A DNA stretch of 27,885 nt from a virus (taxonomy: Duplodnaviria; Caudoviricetes). The notes below the pieces were generated by a model. The model had not been told where the DNA came from and did no database searches. It saw only the letters and a list, made by a program, of their open reading frames with translations. Where the stretch lies: positions 1-27,885 of the IMG/VR virus record IMGVR_UViG_3300019765_000017; one strand, 5' to 3'. The position numbers and the translations under genes were made by a program. Of this stretch, positions 13,334-21,400 are shown in pieces (the stretch's first letter is position 1; every line of letters begins with the position of its first letter).

Positions 13334-13399
13334 GGGCATCCGACTCACGGGTGCCCTTCCCTCTCCTGTAGAATTCAGAAGTCAACCACAGACACCCCC
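13334..13399 (+). promoter_or_regulatory. early promoter: GGGCATCCG/CGGGTGCCC hairpin, TAGAAT (13369-13374), shared leader
   Basis: 36-bp direct repeat of 13095-13130. Confidence 0.7.
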
Positions 13400-13582
13400 A
13401 TGAAGATCACTCTCGACCTGACCCCCACGCAACTGGTCATGCTGCAGGATGCGGTCTCCTACCGTTACCACCAGTTGGAGTCGGTAGCAAACAATCAGGA
13501 AATCTATCCTGATCAGTCCCCTGACAATCCCATTCGAGTCACTGCACTTCGGGACATCCACATTCTGTTAGATCAGTATTGA
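13400..13582 (+). CDS. hypothetical early protein
   Basis: ORF track; follows the shared leader. Confidence 0.75.
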   Translation: MKITLDLTPTQLVMLQDAVSYRYHQLESVANNQEIYPDQSPDNPIRVTALRDIHILLDQY

Positions 13583-13588
13583 GATTGT

Positions 13589-13625
13589 GGGGAGTTACTA
13601 ACACTAACTCCCCCATTCGTTCGTT
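13589..13625 (+). terminator. hairpin GGGGAGTTA/TAACTCCCC with a TTCG-repeat tail closing the early cassette region
   Basis: 9-bp perfect stem after the last early ORF; the U-tract is imperfect. Confidence 0.55.
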
Positions 13626-13820
13626 ATCAGCAGTTCGTTCGTTTTTATGCCCCCCCGTATATAAAATCAATGGGTCCCCATAAGCTATAAACGACCCAAA
13701 GCGACCTTTAAATATAAAACTCAATGTTTTTTTCACAGTCCACAAAAAATTTTCAGAATATAAAAAAGTGTTCATAAGGATCAAAATTACTATATAAAAT
13801 CAATGACAAATTTCAAAGGT

Positions 13821-13997
13821 ATGCAAAAAAATCCGCAAGAAAATTTTACGACTGTAGAGATCGATCCAGTAACTGGGGAGTATTATGTAACGATACCTCA
13901 ATGGATTCTCGATGAATATGGGTGGTACGAGGGCACAGAAGTAAACATGGAAGTTGAGGGAGACTGTATAGTGATTACCGAAATCAAGAAAGATTGA
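13821..13997 (+). CDS. AbrB/MazE/SpoVT-like DNA-binding protein
   Basis: GEYYVTIPQWILDEYGWYEGTEVNMEVEGDCIVI swapped-hairpin pattern. Alternative start at 13803. Confidence 0.7.
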   Translation: MQKNPQENFTTVEIDPVTGEYYVTIPQWILDEYGWYEGTEVNMEVEGDCIVITEIKKD

Positions 13998-14022
13998 CAG
14001 TGTATAGATAGAGTGTTATGAT
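13994..14022 (+). promoter_or_regulatory. sigma70-type promoter TTGACA-17-TATGAT with extended TG
   Basis: TTGACA 13994-13999; TATGAT 14017-14022. Confidence 0.8.
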
Positions 14023-14044
14023 ACTGAAGTAATCAAATTCTATT

Positions 14045-14803
14045 ATGGCTAAAGGATTTACCGTAAAAGCAAATGCACCCAAACCATCTGAGAGCACTCA
14101 AGAATGGGACTATGAAAAAGCAAAGGAAATGGTAAGAGGCAAGTCCATTGTCTTTTGTTTACCAGGTAGAGGAGTTTCTTATACATATCTCAAAAATTTT
14201 GTACAACTTTGTTTTGATTTGGTACAGGCAGGAGCAAGTATTCAGATCTCGCAAGATTATTCATCAATGGTAAATTTTGCAAGATGCAAATGTCTAGGTG
14301 CGAATGTACTGCGAGGACCCGATCAAATTCCCTGGGATGGAAAGTTGCAGTATGATTATCAATTATGGATTGATAGTGATATCGTTTTCAATACAGAGAA
14401 GTTCTTCCAATTGGTATTGATGGATCAAGACATTGCCAGTGGATGGTATTGTACCGAAGATGGTCGCACGACAAGTGTTGCACACTGGATGGAAGAGGAT
14501 GATTTCCGCAATAATGGTGGTGTAATGAACCACGAAACACTTGAGAGTATTTCAAAACGTCGCAAACCATTCACGGTTGATTATGCAGGATTTGGATGGC
14601 TTCTGATTAAGCACGGAGTCTTTGAGCATTCTGAGATGAAGTATCCATGGTTTGCACCTAAGATGCAAGTGTTTGAAAGTGGGGAAGTACAAGATATGTG
14701 TGGAGAAGATGTAAGTTTCTGTCTCGATGCAAAGGAAGCAGGATTTGAGATTTGGTGTGATCCTCGCATCCGCGTTGGTCACGAGAAGACTCGTGTGATT
14801 TGA
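14045..14803 (+). CDS. cyanophage-type GT-A-fold (glycosyltransferase family 2-like) protein
   Basis: LWIDSDIVF (DxD), GFGWLLIK, GEDVSFC and IWCDPRIRVGHEK motifs. Confidence 0.8.
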   Translation: MAKGFTVKANAPKPSESTQEWDYEKAKEMVRGKSIVFCLPGRGVSYTYLKNFVQLCFDLVQAGASIQISQDYSSMVNFARCKCLGANVLRGPDQIPWDGKLQYDYQLWIDSDIVFNTEKFFQLVLMDQDIASGWYCTEDGRTTSVAHWMEEDDFRNNGGVMNHETLESISKRRKPFTVDYAGFGWLLIKHGVFEHSEMKYPWFAPKMQVFESGEVQDMCGEDVSFCLDAKEAGFEIWCDPRIRVGHEKTRVI

Positions 14804-14964
14804 TGTCAATGACAAAGTATACAATTCTCCATAAGGGAAAAGTTCTTTATAAAGGATTGACTGAGGAGGAATACTTTGATATTATGGAGGACCTGTCGGT
14901 AGAGTTTTATCAGACAGGTTCTCCAAGACCTCAAGATCTTGAAACAAAAATGTATGAATTCTAA
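14803..14964 (+). CDS. small hypothetical protein, 53 aa (MSMTKYTILHKGKVLYKGLTEEEYFDIMEDLSVEFYQTGSPRPQDLETKMYEF)
   Basis: Read manually; TGATG coupling to the upstream gene. Confidence 0.75.
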   Translation: MSMTKYTILHKGKVLYKGLTEEEYFDIMEDLSVEFYQTGSPRPQDLETKMYEF

Positions 14965-14972
14965 GGAGTATT

Positions 14973-15125
14973 ATGGCAGTTCGTTCTAAAGTTGGTCTAG
15001 TAAAAGATGGGTGGACTCCTGGGAAACCCAAAAATACTCGTCAGGGAAGAGGTAAGCATACTAAGTATGCCGCTACGTCTCGTAATGGAAAGCGTAAGAT
15101 GTATAGAGGACAAGGTAAAGGATAA
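14973..15125 (+). CDS. small Lys/Arg/Gly-rich protein, 50 aa, ending YRGQGKG
   Basis: Read manually; AAGGAG RBS at 14963-14968. Confidence 0.8.
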   Translation: MAVRSKVGLVKDGWTPGKPKNTRQGRGKHTKYAATSRNGKRKMYRGQGKG

Positions 15126-15226
15126 TGGCACGTTGGATACATAAAAACGGGAAGTCAAGACCCGACAAACGATGTAAAGGTATTTTGACACCCAAAAAGT
15201 GTGCCAAACGTAAAAAGAAAAAATGA
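15125..15226 (+). CDS. tiny very basic protein, 33 aa (MARWIHKNGKSRPDKRCKGILTPKKCAKRKKKK)
   Basis: Read manually; TAATG coupling upstream and ATGA coupling downstream. Confidence 0.55.
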   Translation: MARWIHKNGKSRPDKRCKGILTPKKCAKRKKKK

Positions 15227-15891
15227 GTTGTTTAATCACCAATCTACCATCACAAGAAGTATGGGTTCGTAAAGAATATCTTACTGATCATCAAAATGGG
15301 CATGGTGAATTTGTAAAAGGCGTCTGGGTATCGGTAAAGTCGATTCCTGGACGTGCTTTTTATTTTGAGACTTATTTGCCAGAATATGCAGCAATGTACG
15401 ATAAACTGCCAATTAGTGCGTTTTTATCTCGTCCCGAACTACCTGATCCTGATATGAATCTTCCAAATTTACAATTTTGGAACTGTATGGATTACGGTGT
15501 AGTCAGTATTGATAAGAAATTCATTGGAAGCATGGATTTTGAATGTTATACGAGAGACCATGGTATTGTGAAGGGCACTTATGTTTGTACAATTGATAAC
15601 TATCATCATGATCCAGACTATGTTGACTGGGCAACCAGTGAAAATCCTGCCGAACACAAGTCCCATAACCTTATTGAACTCAATAATGGACAATATGCAC
15701 TCTATCCGAACAACAGACTACGTATTTTTGACAATAGTTTAACACCTGCGGAACCAAAAATGCCCGATTTTAAGGTTTCGACTCAATATTACCAAGTAGA
15801 ATGTGGTTATGATCGTCTTGGAATGGGAAATGAGGATGAATATCACTGGAAAACTGCTCAAGAGCGTAAAATAAATACAGATAAGGGATAG
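15223..15891 (+). CDS. hypothetical protein of T4-like cyanophage type
   Basis: ORF track, 222 aa; coupled start; lies upstream of gp25. Confidence 0.85.
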   Translation: MSCLITNLPSQEVWVRKEYLTDHQNGHGEFVKGVWVSVKSIPGRAFYFETYLPEYAAMYDKLPISAFLSRPELPDPDMNLPNLQFWNCMDYGVVSIDKKFIGSMDFECYTRDHGIVKGTYVCTIDNYHHDPDYVDWATSENPAEHKSHNLIELNNGQYALYPNNRLRIFDNSLTPAEPKMPDFKVSTQYYQVECGYDRLGMGNEDEYHWKTAQERKINTDKG

Positions 15892-15936
15892 CAACCCCTC
15901 TAAAAGTTCTGATTTCACAGTAAATCAGGAGCTACA
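15871..15936 (+). promoter_or_regulatory. late promoter ATAAATA plus a structured leader that occludes the AGGAG RBS
   Basis: ATAAATA 15871-15877; AGTTCTGATTT/AAATCAGGAGCT stem 15905-15933. Confidence 0.6.
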
Positions 15937-16101
15937 ATGGGTAATTCACCGGAAGAAAAATCAAAAAGAGTGCTAACAGAAGTTATGCACGACATCGCAC
16001 CACGTCATGACTTCACAAAACAGTCAGAATTGCATAAAAAAATTCGTAATGACGAAGACTATGACGATTGGGAGTATGGAACTGAACCAATTTATGGATA
16101 G
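15937..16101 (+). CDS. small hypothetical protein, 54 aa (MGNSPEEKSKRVLTEVMHD...DYDDWEYGTEPIYG)
   Basis: Read manually; AGGAG RBS 5 nt upstream. Confidence 0.7.
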   Translation: MGNSPEEKSKRVLTEVMHDIAPRHDFTKQSELHKKIRNDEDYDDWEYGTEPIYG

Positions 16102-16104
16102 GGG

Positions 16105-16112
16105 TATAAATA
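16105..16112 (+). promoter_or_regulatory. T4-type late promoter TATAAATA
   Basis: Exact gp55 consensus, 22 nt upstream of gp25. Confidence 0.9.
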
Positions 16113-16134
16113 AAGTCAGAAAACTCTAGTCAAA

Positions 16135-16536
16135 ATGGCAATTCGGAGGATATCTAGAGCATTTAAAGATATTAGTTTATCATTTGAACCACATCCTATT
16201 ACAAAAGATCTACCAGTCTTGAAAAATGAGGCTGCTATTCGTAGGTCTGTGAGAAATATTGTTCAGACAATCCCTACCGAAAAATTTTTTAATTCGTTAT
16301 TTGGATCTGATGTAAGAAGAAGTTTATTTGAATTTGTCGATTTTGGTACTGCATCAGTAATTAGTGATCAAATTCAAACATCAATTGAAAATTTTGAGCC
16401 AAGAATAGACAATTTACAGGTTGAAGTATTTCCTAGACCAGATCATAATGAATTTGAAGTAACTGTTATATTTGATATTATTGGACAAGAGTTTCCGACA
16501 CAAGAATATTCATTCCTATTAGAGGCAACAAGATAA
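16135..16536 (+). CDS. gp25: baseplate wedge subunit gp25
   Basis: FKDISLSF..HP, AIRRSVRNIV, EKFFNSLFGS and FEPRI motifs; adjacent to gp6. Confidence 0.92.
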   Translation: MAIRRISRAFKDISLSFEPHPITKDLPVLKNEAAIRRSVRNIVQTIPTEKFFNSLFGSDVRRSLFEFVDFGTASVISDQIQTSIENFEPRIDNLQVEVFPRPDHNEFEVTVIFDIIGQEFPTQEYSFLLEATR

Positions 16537-16537
16537 T

Positions 16538-18466
16538 ATGCCTTTTACAAAGTTTACAAATCTGGATTTTGATCAGATAAAAGAATCAATTAAAGACTAT
16601 CTTCGTGCAAATTCTGATTTTACGGGATTTGATTTTGAAGGTTCTAATTTTTCTGTATTAATTGACACATTAGCATATAACACTTATATTACGGCATTTA
16701 ATTCAAACATGATCGTAAATGAATCCTTTTTGGATTCTGCCACTCTTCGTGAAAATGTCGTTTCTCTTGCTAGAAATATTGGATATGTTCCAAAATCCAG
16801 AAATTCTTCGAAGGCAACCATTTCTTTTACAGTAGATGCATATGGAACATCTACACCTACAATGATTTTGAAAAAGGGTTTAGTATGTGTGGGGGATGTT
16901 AGTAATACATCTTATGTATTTTCCATTCTAGAGGATGTACAGGCATCTACAGAAGATATTAGCTTTGATAGTGGAGGTAATACTATCAATGCAAGAAGAG
17001 CAGTATTTAATAATATAGAAATTAATCAAGGAACGTTTTTAACTAAGCAGTTTGTTTTTGATGGATCACTTGATCAAAGATTTATTTTAAATAATTCATA
17101 CATTGATACATCATCAATAAAAGTTTATGTCAAAAAGGAGAACGAAGTTGGTTTAGGTATAGAATATAAGTTAGTAGATGATATTATTAATGTAGATGGA
17201 AATTCGTTAATTTATTTAATACAAGAAGTTCAAGATGAAAAATATGAACTTTTATTTGGTGACGGTTTAATTGGTAGGAAATTACAGTCTGGGGAAATTA
17301 TAACAGTAAATTACATTACTACGGAAGGAAAAAATGGTAATGGGGCATCTTTATTTTCTTTCTCTGGAGTAATAACTGACGATAATGAAAGTTTTCTTAC
17401 TACTCAACCATTTACGGTAACGACAGAATCCTCCTCTAAAAATGGATCTGACATTGAAACATTGGAATCAATTAAATACTATGCTCCAAGAATTTATGCC
17501 GCTCAAAACAGAGCAGTTACTGGACGTGATTATGAAGCAGTCATCAAAAAAATATATCCAGATACAGAATCGGTATCAATTGTTGGTGGAGAAGAACTAG
17601 ATCCTCCAGAATTTGGAACTGTTCAAATATCGATTAAACCAAAGAATGGAAATTTTGTTTCTGATTTCAATAAATCAAGAATATTGTCACAATTAAAACA
17701 ATATTCTATCTCTGGAATTAACCAAAAAATTGTCGATCTCAAAATTCTTTATGTTGAATTAGAATCTTATATTTACTATGATGATTCCAAAGTAACGACA
17801 GCAAAAGATTTGAAATCAAAGGTATCAAATTCGTTAACAAACTATGCAAATTCATTAGATGTTAATAGATTTGGGGGAAGATTTAGATACAGCAAATTAT
17901 TAAGAACTATAGACAGTACAGATAGTGCAATAACATCAAACATTACACGAATAAAAATAAGAAGGAATTTAGTTGCATTACTAAATCAATTTGCTCAATA
18001 TGAACTTTGCTTTGGAAATCAATTCCATGTAAATAAGAATGGATTTAATATTAAATCTACTGGATTTAAAATTGCAGAAGAATCAGACACTGTTTATTTG
18101 ACAGATGTTCCAAATTCGGACTTAAAAACAGGAACATTATCTGTAGTTAAAAATTTAAGTGATGGTTCAGTAAGAGTCGTTTCAAAATCTGCTGGAATTG
18201 TAGATTATGTAAAGGGAGAAATTAATTTATCGACGATTAATATCGTATCAACATCAAAACCAAACAACATTATTGAAATTCAAGCATTTCCAGAATCCAA
18301 TGATGTTGTTGGTCTAAAAGATCTTTATTTAAATTTAGATATCTCCAAAAGCAAAATAAATATGATAAAGGATATTATTTCTTCTGGTGATGAAATTTCT
18401 GGAACAGTATTTACCAGAGATTATTACACGTCAAGTTATTCAAACGGAAATTTAATTAGAGAGTAA
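16538..18466 (+). CDS. gp6: baseplate wedge subunit gp6
   Basis: LDFDQIK, FDFEGSN, LAYNTY, ESFLDSA.LRENVVSLAR.IGY, FGDG..G and QNRAVT..DYE motifs. Confidence 0.95.
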   Translation: MPFTKFTNLDFDQIKESIKDYLRANSDFTGFDFEGSNFSVLIDTLAYNTYITAFNSNMIVNESFLDSATLRENVVSLARNIGYVPKSRNSSKATISFTVDAYGTSTPTMILKKGLVCVGDVSNTSYVFSILEDVQASTEDISFDSGGNTINARRAVFNNIEINQGTFLTKQFVFDGSLDQRFILNNSYIDTSSIKVYVKKENEVGLGIEYKLVDDIINVDGNSLIYLIQEVQDEKYELLFGDGLIGRKLQSGEIITVNYITTEGKNGNGASLFSFSGVITDDNESFLTTQPFTVTTESSSKNGSDIETLESIKYYAPRIYAAQNRAVTGRDYEAVIKKIYPDTESVSIVGGEELDPPEFGTVQISIKPKNGNFVSDFNKSRILSQLKQYSISGINQKIVDLKILYVELESYIYYDDSKVTTAKDLKSKVSNSLTNYANSLDVNRFGGRFRYSKLLRTIDSTDSAITSNITRIKIRRNLVALLNQFAQYELCFGNQFHVNKNGFNIKSTGFKIAEESDTVYLTDVPNSDLKTGTLSVVKNLSDGSVRVVSKSAGIVDYVKGEINLSTINIVSTSKPNNIIEIQAFPESNDVVGLKDLYLNLDISKSKINMIKDIISSGDEISGTVFTRDYYTSSYSNGNLIRE

Positions 18467-18467
18467 T

Positions 18468-21400
18468 ATGATACAAACTGGATTTGAATCTAGAGTAAAG
18501 ATTCAAGATATTATTACCAATCAATTACCAGATTTTATTTTGGATGAAAGTCCAAAAACAGTTGATTTTTTAAAACAATACTATATCTCCCAAGAATATC
18601 AGGGTGGTCCAATTGATATTGCAGAAAATCTTGATCAATATATTAAATTAGACAATTTAACTCCAGAAGTAGTAGTAGGTAGTACAACTCTTGTTTCTGC
18701 AATTGATTCTAATGATGATATAATTAATGTTTCCAGCACTAAAGGATTTCCCAATCAATATGGACTATTAAAAATTGATGATGAAATCATCAGCTATACT
18801 GGATTAACAACAAATACTTTTACAGGTTGCATTCGTGGATTTAGTGGAATTACAAGTTATCATTCAGATTTAAATCAAGAAGAATTAGTATTCACACAAT
18901 CCGTATCTGCAGGACATGATGCTAATTCGAAAATTCAAAATTTAAGTTCATTATTTTTAAAAGAATTTTATAAAAAATTAAAATATACTTTTGCTCCAGG
19001 TTTTGAAGAAAGAGTCTTTGATTCAAATTTAAATGTTGGCAATTTTATTAAAGAAGCAAGATCTTTCTATGAGTCCAAAGGAACTGATGAATCATTTAGA
19101 ATTTTATTTAATGTTTTGTATGGAGAAACTCCAAAAATAATCAATTTAGAGGAGCAATTAATAAAACCTTCCGATGCGGAATTTATTAGAAGGGACATTG
19201 TAATTTCTGAGGCAATATCTGGAGATCCTTTAAAATTAGTTGGTCAAACTATATTTAAAACCAATGATACTTCTACAAAAGCATCAATATCCTCAGTAGA
19301 ACCTTTTACAAGAAAAGGAATTCAATATTTTAAAATATCTTTATTTGTTGGATATGAGGATAATACTTCTATTGAAGGTACTTTTACAATTACTCCAAGT
19401 ACAAAATGCTTGGAAACTGTGGAAGTGGATTCATCTATCATTTCAGTAGATTCAACTATTGGTTTTGGTAAGAGTGGCACAATTAGATCTGGAAATAATC
19501 TAATATCTTATACTGATAAGAGTATTAATCAGTTTTTAAATTGCTCTGGAGTAATAGAGCAAATTTTACCAACAGACAATATTATTTCATCAACAGAGAC
19601 ATATTTTGGATATGAGGATGGTGATCTGTCCAAGAAAGTTGAGTTGCGGTTAACGGGAGTATTATCCAACTTTGTTCAAAAATCGGAATTTGTTTCTGTT
19701 GATGAGGGACAAATTTTAACAGTAAAACATCTTGGTGATAATATTAAAAATCCAGAGCAAAACAAAACATATAAAGAAATTTTTGCAAATTCTTGGATTT
19801 ATAACACTAGTTCTTCTATTCAAATCGAATCGATATCTGGATCTACTGTTGTTTTAAGAACAACTGTTGATAGATCGCAATTAAAAAAAGGAGATTCGAT
19901 AGAAATTATTGATAATTCTACAAATCAAGTTGTATATCCAACACTTATTACAGATATACCATATGTTGATACTGAAATTTCTGTAAATTCTACGACAATA
20001 TCATTGTCAAATTTTAATTTTGTTTCAAATTCGGAAAAAACGTACTCTTTAAGAAGAAAATTAAACAAGTCTAAGAGCACCTTAGTTCCTTTTAGATATG
20101 GAAATAATACTGTAATTTCGGATGTTCAAAATTTATATACTGATGGAAACTATGCTTACGTAGCTTCCAACTCACTTCCATCATATGGAAATGGATTTAC
20201 TAATTTTTATAATTATGAATTAACAAAATCTTTAAATCAAGCAAATATTGCTCCAGGATCTGGTAGTTTAATTGATCAAGATCCATCAACAAATTTATAT
20301 ACAACAATTTCTTTTGATAATCCTGTTCCATTTATGACAGGAGAAAGAATTTTTTATGAACCTGCCTCTAGTCCATTAGTAGGATTGGAGACTGGTTCAT
20401 ACTATGTGGAAGTATTATCAAATCCAAAAAATATAAAATTATATACTTCTTCCTCATTTGTAGGCGATAGTGATAATTCTTTAAGATTTTCTTCTCCAAT
20501 TTCCGGAATTGGTGTACATAAATTTACCCTTTATTCCCAAAAATCCCAACAAATTAATTCTTCAAAAATATTAAAGAAATTTTCTTTATCTCCAAATATT
20601 AAGAGTGGAGTTTCTGAAAAAACTATTCCAGGATCAACTGGAATGCTAATCAATGGAGTTGAAATTTATAACTACAAGACATATGATAAAATTTATTATG
20701 GTCCAATTGAGTCTCTACAAGTACTTAATGGCGGAAAAGGATATGACGTAATTAATCCACCAAAAATAGAAGTATCATCCAGTTCTGGAACTACTGCTCT
20801 GATTCAACCTGTTTTATCCGGAACAATAACCGATATATTCGTTGATTCTCAGAATTTTAATATAGATCAAGTTCTGTCATTGAATGTAACTGGAGGAAAT
20901 GTTGTTGGAGGAAAATTTGAACCAGTTTTGGTGAGGAGAAGAAGGGAAGTTCTTTTTGATGGAAGACCAACTAGTAATGGTGGTGGCATAAGCACAACAA
21001 CTTCACAACTGACATTTTTGTCTGATCACAATTTAAGTAATGGGGAAGAAATAATTTATAGAAATAATGGAAATTCTAATATAAGTATTGGTATCGGATT
21101 ATCATCTTTAATTGACAATTCATCTTATTATGTGAAGGTAGATAATAATCAAACCATAAAACTTTTTAATAATTTTGAGGACTATTCTTCTGGTATAAAC
21201 ACTATTGGATTTGCATCTACCAGTCTTAGTGGCATTCATAAGTTTTTAGTTGGAGATATTCAAAATACAATTTCTGAAATAAAAATTATTGATGGAGGAA
21301 CTTTAATAAATAAAAAACTTTTAGTTAAACCCTCAGGAATATCTACAGCAAATCATACTATTGTTTTTAATAATCATGGATTTTTAAATGGAGATATTAT

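Noticed and set aside
8058-13399. Integron-like attC cassette array
   Set aside because: There are no consistent RYYYAAC/GTTRRRY cores and no integrase in the window. Each unit carries its own promoter at a fixed spacing.
13821-13997. Toxin-antitoxin pair based on the MazE/AbrB-like ORF
   Set aside because: There is no adjacent toxin-like gene. The next gene is GT-A-like and has its own promoter.
614-15693. Minus-strand ORFs in the track (e.g. 614..1177, 1228..1530, 5345..5710, 8856..9272, 10707..11249, 11514..11795, 12839..13204, 14997..15242)
   Set aside because: They are antisense shadows of better-supported plus-strand genes and show no recognisable motifs.
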